A program made the position numbers and the translations under genes. Positions 57,790 through 64,000 of a stretch of DNA of 64,000 bases are shown in pieces. The stretch lies in assembly GCA_951406725.2 (NCBI GenBank), contig OX597822.1, positions 23,684,001-23,748,000 of the forward strand, written 5' to 3'. Each line of letters starts with the position of its first letter. Position 1 is the stretch's first letter. A model generated the notes under the pieces. The model had not been told where the DNA came from, made no database searches, and was given only the letters and a program-made list of their open reading frames with translations. This DNA comes from Octopus vulgaris (Eukaryota).

Positions 57790-58525
57790 TTAAGCTAAGT
57801 TAATTTTTTGGCTCAAAAAGCAAAAAGCAAGGCCATGTAGGGGTTACATGGAGTTATGTACAGGGTGGTGTTCATGCAAAGAGTTCAGGCCATTTGTGGT
57901 TAAGGGAGACTTTGAACCGAGCGGTCGTCGGCATCTTCACCATCTCGTCCGGCAGCTTATTCCACGGATCCGCAACCCGGACGGAGAAAGCCCCTCTCCT
58001 TCGATTGAGATGAAATCGTCGCAGATAGAGCTTTTCGGAGTGACCCCGCAGCCGATGCTCTGGAGCAGGAGTGAAGAACAGCTCTTTCGAGAGGTTACAC
58101 TTTCCGCTTATGATGTTGTGAGCAAGAATGAGATCACCACGGCGTCGTCGTTTTTCTAGAGAATAAAGGTCGAGCGTCTTCAGCCTTTCTTCATAAGACA
58201 AATGCTTGAGATCAAGAACCATGCGGGTAGCCAGCTTCTGGACTCTTTCGAGATGCTGTATGTCTTTGAGGAGATAAGGAGAAGAGGCTTGAATTCCGTA
58301 CTCCAATATGGGTCTCACCAGCGTGACATAGAGCGGTAGGAATATGGCTGCTGTGAGCATTCCGAATGACCGTCGAATCAAAAACAGAACTCCGCGTGCT
58401 TTGTTGGCAGCATGGACACACTGGGCCGAAGGCGAAAAGGAAGAATCCACCAAGATGCCCAGGTCCTTTACCTGGTCGGTCCTCTCCAGCAGCAGACGAC
58501 CCGGCTCGAAATCATTAAGACGGGA
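57790..58525 (-). mobile_element. 5'-truncated CR1-clade LINE (ORF2 C-terminus + 3' UTR)
   Basis: Uninterrupted frame VKDLGILVD..LYVTLVRPILEYG..LERVQKLATRMV..YEERLKTLDLYSLEKRRRRGDLI..FSVRVADPWNKLP. Confidence 0.9.
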
Positions 58526-58818
58526 TCCAGTGTGTGCAGCATCGATTGATGCTAAAAACAAATAGTGATCAAACAATAATTTAAGACATCACATTTTAAA
58601 ATTTCTCACAGCCTTCAATGTTTTAGCTTTTTTATATCAGTTTATTATTTACTTTTGTTATTGTTAACTATATTAATCGTTTGTTTAGACTTTGTTTCAA
58701 GAAATTATATGCTGGTCCGGTATTTCTCAAAATGGACAGTACTACTCGCTAGGGAGTGGTGGAAAAATTCATATCAGTATTAGGAACAAAGAAGGCGGTA
58801 GAGAGTTAATAGGTGCAC

Positions 58819-59240
58819 ACTCTCTTTTACTCATTTTTACTCTTTTACTTGTTTCAGTCATTTGACTGTGGCCATGCTGGAGCACCGCCTTTAATCGAGC
58901 AACTCCACCCCGGGACTTATTCTTTGTAAGCCCAGTACTTATTCTATCGGTCTCTTTTGCCGAACCGCTAGCTGACGGGGACATAAACACACCAGCATCG
59001 GTTGTCAAGCAATGCTAGGGGGACAAACACAGACATACAAACATACACGTACACATGTATATATATACAAATATACGAAGGGCTTCTTTCAGTTTCAGTC
59101 TACCAAATCCACTCACAAGGCTTTGGTCGGCCCGAGGCTATAGTAGAAGACACTTGCCCAAGGTGCCACGCAGTGGGACTGAACCCGGAACCATGTGGTT
59201 GGTAAGCAAGCTACTTACCACACAGCCACTCCTGCGCCTA
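58819..59240 (-). mobile_element. Full-length family B SINE
   Basis: Reverse-complement near-consensus copy including CORE-like gtggcaccttgggcaagtgtc. Confidence 0.9.
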
Positions 59241-60261
59241 TCTGTACATGTTTTTTAGTCTTAGGCTTCTACTAATTTAAATATTTTTAATGTAACATTT
59301 TCATAAACATGTTGTTGGTTACAATCACAACAATACAGACAATAGCAATACCAACGACAAAACGAACAGTAATAATATACTTCGAAATATGAATACCTAT
59401 ACCAATAAAACCGAATATAAATATACCACCTATGTTGCTAGTATTCATTTATAGACGGGTGATACTGGAGTAAGTAGACACGCGCCTCAAACTAGTACCC
59501 GGAACTAAATTTGTATGGTCTGAATATACATAAACGTACATGAAAAATAGAGATGGATCCCATTGAACCTTTGCAAGGGAGCGTTGAAAATGTGTTATGG
59601 AAAGAAATGTTTGAGATGCACGGTGCTAATAGAACGGAAAGGAAAAACATTACTAAAAAGATAGCAAATGGCAGATTAACCTATACTCTATTTACATTTG
59701 TTGTGGGATGCAACACTTCAATAGGAATATACGTATTATTGCTTTTATGTTGTGGCCATAACGCTATGATGCGGACATACGAACATACAGCAATTTATTT
59801 TTCTTAACATAACTCGTCTTTCGTTCCTTTTCTTCCGTGTTATTTTTCTTTTTGCTTTGTCTTGCTTTTCTTTCCTTTTCTGAAACACGTTTCCATCTGT
59901 CTCGTTTTATGTATTTCCCACAAATTTACTATCATATACATACATACATACACACGCACGCGCACACACAAACACATACATGTATATGCATATATATGTG
60001 CGTGTGGTTCGTATATATATTTACATACCCATTTGCGTGCCGGCGTAACTCGAAGCTGTTCTTGCCAGGCAAGTGTTTTCAGATCGTGTGTTGGAACTAA
60101 AACAATTACCGCATGAGGAACACGTTAACTATTCAAAAATACGCACCAAAAAAACCGTCAACTTCGCTTAATTATTTATTATTCGGTCCCAAAATTTTCG
60201 TCGCACCAACAGCAACCTGATCAATGACGCTGCTGCTACTACTACTACTACTACCAGCACC

Positions 60262-60329
<68 letters not shown>

Positions 60330-60348
60330 CACCACCACCACCACCACC

Positions 60349-60408
<60 letters not shown>

Positions 60409-60479
60409 GCTACTACCAAGACCATCACCACCACCACCATCAGCAGCAAATATTGCTGATGATGGTGGAAGATATGCTA

Positions 60480-62540
60480 TCCCCCACAGAGGAAGAAATA
60501 AAGATCTTGACGAGTTCTGCAGCCACATTGAGAAATTTCCCTACCATACTATACATAAACAGACAGTTAACTCAAATTTTAGCACTGCACAATGGAAGGA
60601 ACTGATAGAACTTCAAAATGATGAAGATATAACCATTAAGGAAGCAGACAAAGGAAGTGCAGTTGTAATAATGGATATATTATACTATAGAAATCTTGTA
60701 ATTTCCTTGCTTGATGACAATCAACACTATGAAAAAATCACCAACTACACCCCGCAAAAAATAATGAAAACTCTGTCTTCACTAATTAAAACCCATGAAA
60801 AGGAACTAACAACCAAAGAGATTGACTTTCTAACAAACTTTAAATGCAAGCCTAGCCTCTTCTATGGTCTGCCAAAAATACATAAAAGCCAAATTATAAA
60901 TGAAACCATTAAAAAATCACCAAAGACATACATACACACACCTAACCCGGGGGACCTAAAACTACGACCCATTGTAGCTGGCCCAACCTGTGAAACACAC
61001 AGATTAAGTCTATTTATGGACATCCTCCTGAAACCCTTCCTTAAACATATCGATAGTCATATCAGAGATGACTTCGATATGTTAAACCACCTCCCAAAAA
61101 AAGTCAAGGAAGAAACAATCATGGTGTTATTTGATGTAGTTAATTTATATACTAGTATACCTCATAATTATGGACTAGAGGCAATACAGTTCTGGCTGGA
61201 CCAATTTCCGGAAGAAATACCAAAAAGTATCAGTAAAGAATTTATTACTAAATCTGTTGAATTCATCCTACATAATAATCACTTCATGTTTGACAATACA
61301 TTTTACCGTAAAAAATTCGGAATTGCTATGGGTACAAGGGCAGCACCAGTCATTGCGAACCTAACAATGGGCTACCTGGAAATAATTGTTTACCAGGAAT
61401 CTTTATCGACCTTTGGAAACCCCCTCTCTCAATACATAAAAGAGAATTGGAAAAGATTCCTGGACGATTGTTTTATACTCTGGAATGAAAACACAGATAA
61501 ACTCCTAAAATTCAAAAACCTATTGAACAGCATCAACCCAAATATACAGTTCACAATGGAATACAACCAAAAGGAGCTTCCATTCTTAGATATACTAATT
61601 AAAAAAATTAACCTTAAGATAGAAACAGACATTTTTTACAAAGCCACAGACGCTAAACAATACCTACTTTTTGATTCATGCCACCCAAGACACACTAAAA
61701 CAAACATCCCTTTCAACCTTGCAAGAAGGACATGCACAATAGTGTTAGAACAAAATACCAAGAACTTTGGACTACAAGAACTCAAAAACACCCTAATTGA
61801 CAGACACTACCCAGCTCAACTCATAGAGGATGGGATCAGACGTGCAACAGAAACCGACATAGAAACTTTGAGAAAAGTTCAACACAACAACACACCTTCC
61901 CCGAAAATACTGCCTTACATATCCACATACAACCCCAGAAACAAAGAAGCCTTCACCATCATCACCCAGAATTTACCAATACTTCATAAGGACCCCAAGT
62001 TAAAGGAAATTCTAAACATACATAAAATCATTAAAAGCTACAAACAACCTAATCACTTAAAAAGATTCTCACAATGGCAAAATTGTTTTCTGAAATTACG
62101 GATGCAAAAGTAAAAAAAAATGTGGTAGACCAAACTGCGCAACATGCCCTAACCTTCTAGAAGGATCAGAATTCCTTTTCAAAGAGGGACAAAAATTCAA
62201 GATCAGATCCAATTTTACTTGTGCTTCTGAAAACATAATTTATGTCATAAGGTGCTCGGGCTGCCACCAAAACTACTTGGGGTCCACGGGATTATCACTC
62301 AGACGTAGATGCACACTGCATCGACAACAGATTGCATTCCCAGAATACAGAATGATACCCTTTAGTGAGCATATTGAGAAATGCGCAAAGCAACTACTAC
62401 CACAATTTTCAATCTTTCCATTCTATCAATGTGCTATTGGAACACCAACACAAATTAGATTAAACAAGGAAACATTCTTCATTGAAAAATATAAGCCTGA
62501 ATTTAACCATTCTAACAAAGAAACTCACCCCACTAAATAA
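60480..62540 (+). CDS. Penelope-like retroelement polyprotein: RT + Cys-rich linker + GIY-YIG endonuclease (5'-truncated, two frameshifts near 62051 and 62112-62120)
   Basis: KEADKG, FYGLPKIHK, LRPIV, FDVVNLYTSIP, GIAMG, RFLDD, LPFLD; then in a new frame CGRPNCATC..NIIYVIRC..YLGST..R..LH..E..FI..FN. The Cys-rich linker suggests the Neptune group. Confidence 0.9.
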
Positions 62541-62676
62541 GGGGAAAAGAAATATAAAGTGATTATCTCCCTTATACCGGAAGAAATCGCTTATTACCTC
62601 CCCCGACCTGGAACTCTTCTTTGCACTGCATAACGAAGACATAATACGATCTAAATAAAGACATCTGAGAAAAATG

Positions 62677-62713
62677 AGAAATTTGAAAAGTTAACACGAA
62701 ACCGGTAATTTCT
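62677..62713 (+). ncRNA. Degenerate hammerhead in the PLE 3' pLTR
   Basis: gaaat-TTGAAAA-gttaacac-GAAA-ccg-GTA-atttc; stem I and palindromic stem III (ACCGGT) are retained, but the CUGANGA box is mutated. Confidence 0.45.
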
Positions 62714-62879
62714 TCAAAAACTATGTTACTGTATGAAAAAATTTTATAACATTCTTCTAACATAATGACTCAAATATATTCTTTAACCTTATAAAACAAG
62801 CCTTCTGTAGTTTTTTCACTTTTTACTATATTCTATATATCCAACCATGTGCTTTCACACACCAACTTTCTCACCTATT

Positions 62880-63038
<159 letters not shown>

Positions 63039-63363
63039 GTATATATATATTTGTATATATATGTATATATATATATAATATATATATATTATTGGCTAAA
63101 CTGGCAAAATGACCATTCCGAAATATAACAATATCTGTTTCAACACACGAGTTCACATAAAAAATCTTGCACAACAAATATTTAAACGTACTAATATATA
63201 TATATATATATAAACAACTTATAAATAAGGGTAAACGAAAAAATTTCCAATGCCAAATATGCTGAAAACTGGACATATTGTCCATTACCATATAATTTTT
63301 CACAATACGCACGCTACTCGAAAAAAAGCCGACAGAAATTTCTAAAAAATTCCATTATTACCA

Positions 63364-63416
63364 TATCGGACCGATTTCAGGGTTAGTTCGTGAGAACCCT
63401 CCCTTCGTCAGTGATA
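63364..63416 (-). ncRNA. Minimal type I hammerhead ribozyme
   Basis: tatca-CTGACGA-aggg-agggtt(ctcacgaact)aaccct-GAAA-tcg-GTC-cgata; all catalytic boxes are present. Confidence 0.65.
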
Positions 63417-63593
63417 AATGTGCCAAAGAAATAAATGAGATACTTACTTATACTCATGAAGAAGCAAAACACTAAGTCATGAGCACAATTAGGTACCCCA
63501 AATACATCCAAAATAGAAATACTCCAGCCCATTCAAGACACGTGCGATTTGAACTGAGGCTCTCACAGAGTGAGAGAGTCCGGAAGTGAACAC

Positions 63594-63673
63594 TTAAATT
63601 TATATTTAATGTAGGATAAAATCATATTAAAAAATACCTTTAAGATTTTATCCTACATTAAATATAAATTTAA
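63594..63673. repeat. Perfect 30-bp inverted repeat with 20-nt spacer
   Basis: ttaaatttatatttaatgtaggataaaatc (63594-63623) / gattttatcctacattaaatataaatttaa (63644-63673). Confidence 0.95.
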
Positions 63674-63675
63674 AG

Positions 63676-64000
63676 GCCTGTTCTTCCTGCTCCAAAAAAT
63701 CGGATGTCCACGAAAGCTGCTGAGGATCATCAAATCTTTCTATGATGATATGCAAGGCACCATACAGCACAATGGTTGAACATCAGCCGGCTTCCAAATA
63801 AAAAATGGTGTAAAGCAAGGTTGTGTCCTTGCTCCTACATTATTTGACATCTTCTCACTGCTGCTGTCACATGCCTTTGAGACATCAGATGGTGGAGTGT
63901 TTCTGTAGAAGCGATGGGAAACTGTTCAATCTCGCGCGTCTGCGTGCCAAGACCAAAATCAGAAGCGTCCTGATCAAGGAGATGCTATTTGCTGATGATG
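63676..64000 (+). pseudogene. RTE-clade LINE reverse transcriptase fragment (continues beyond window)
   Basis: GLFFLLQKIGCPRKLLRII..GVKQGCVLAPTLF..DGKLFNLARLRAKTK..EMLFADD, with a stop and indels. Confidence 0.85.

Noticed and set aside
60224-60479. Poly-Leu/Pro signal-peptide-like N-terminus of the 629-aa ORF
   Set aside because: It is a (CTA/CCA)n microsatellite fortuitously in frame with a truncated PLE.

Overview
Eukaryotic, repeat-saturated intergenic or intronic DNA. The SINE families and the extreme density of AT/AC/AAT/CAT microsatellites suggest a coleoid cephalopod, probably Octopus (inferred from recalled repeat families, not checked). I can support no host protein-coding exon, and nearly all track ORFs are translated microsatellites. 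The protein-coding remnants are all transposon-derived: a near-intact, 5'-truncated Penelope-like element (RT plus C-terminal GIY-YIG, about 60480-62760), further PLE fragments, restriction-like-endonuclease LINE relics (HERO-like, CRE-like, R4/Dong-like), CR1 and RTE fragments and a mariner relic. There are also MITEs, two copies of a non-autonomous Helitron and dozens of tRNA-derived SINEs with interchangeable modules. The most unusual signal is at RNA level: about a dozen hammerhead-ribozyme-like motifs. These include a tRNA-headed SINE with a hammerhead tail, and a hammerhead-box cluster with non-canonical strand order plus a pseudoknot downstream of the HERO-like ORF. All folds and alignments were done by eye, and repeat boundaries are approximate.
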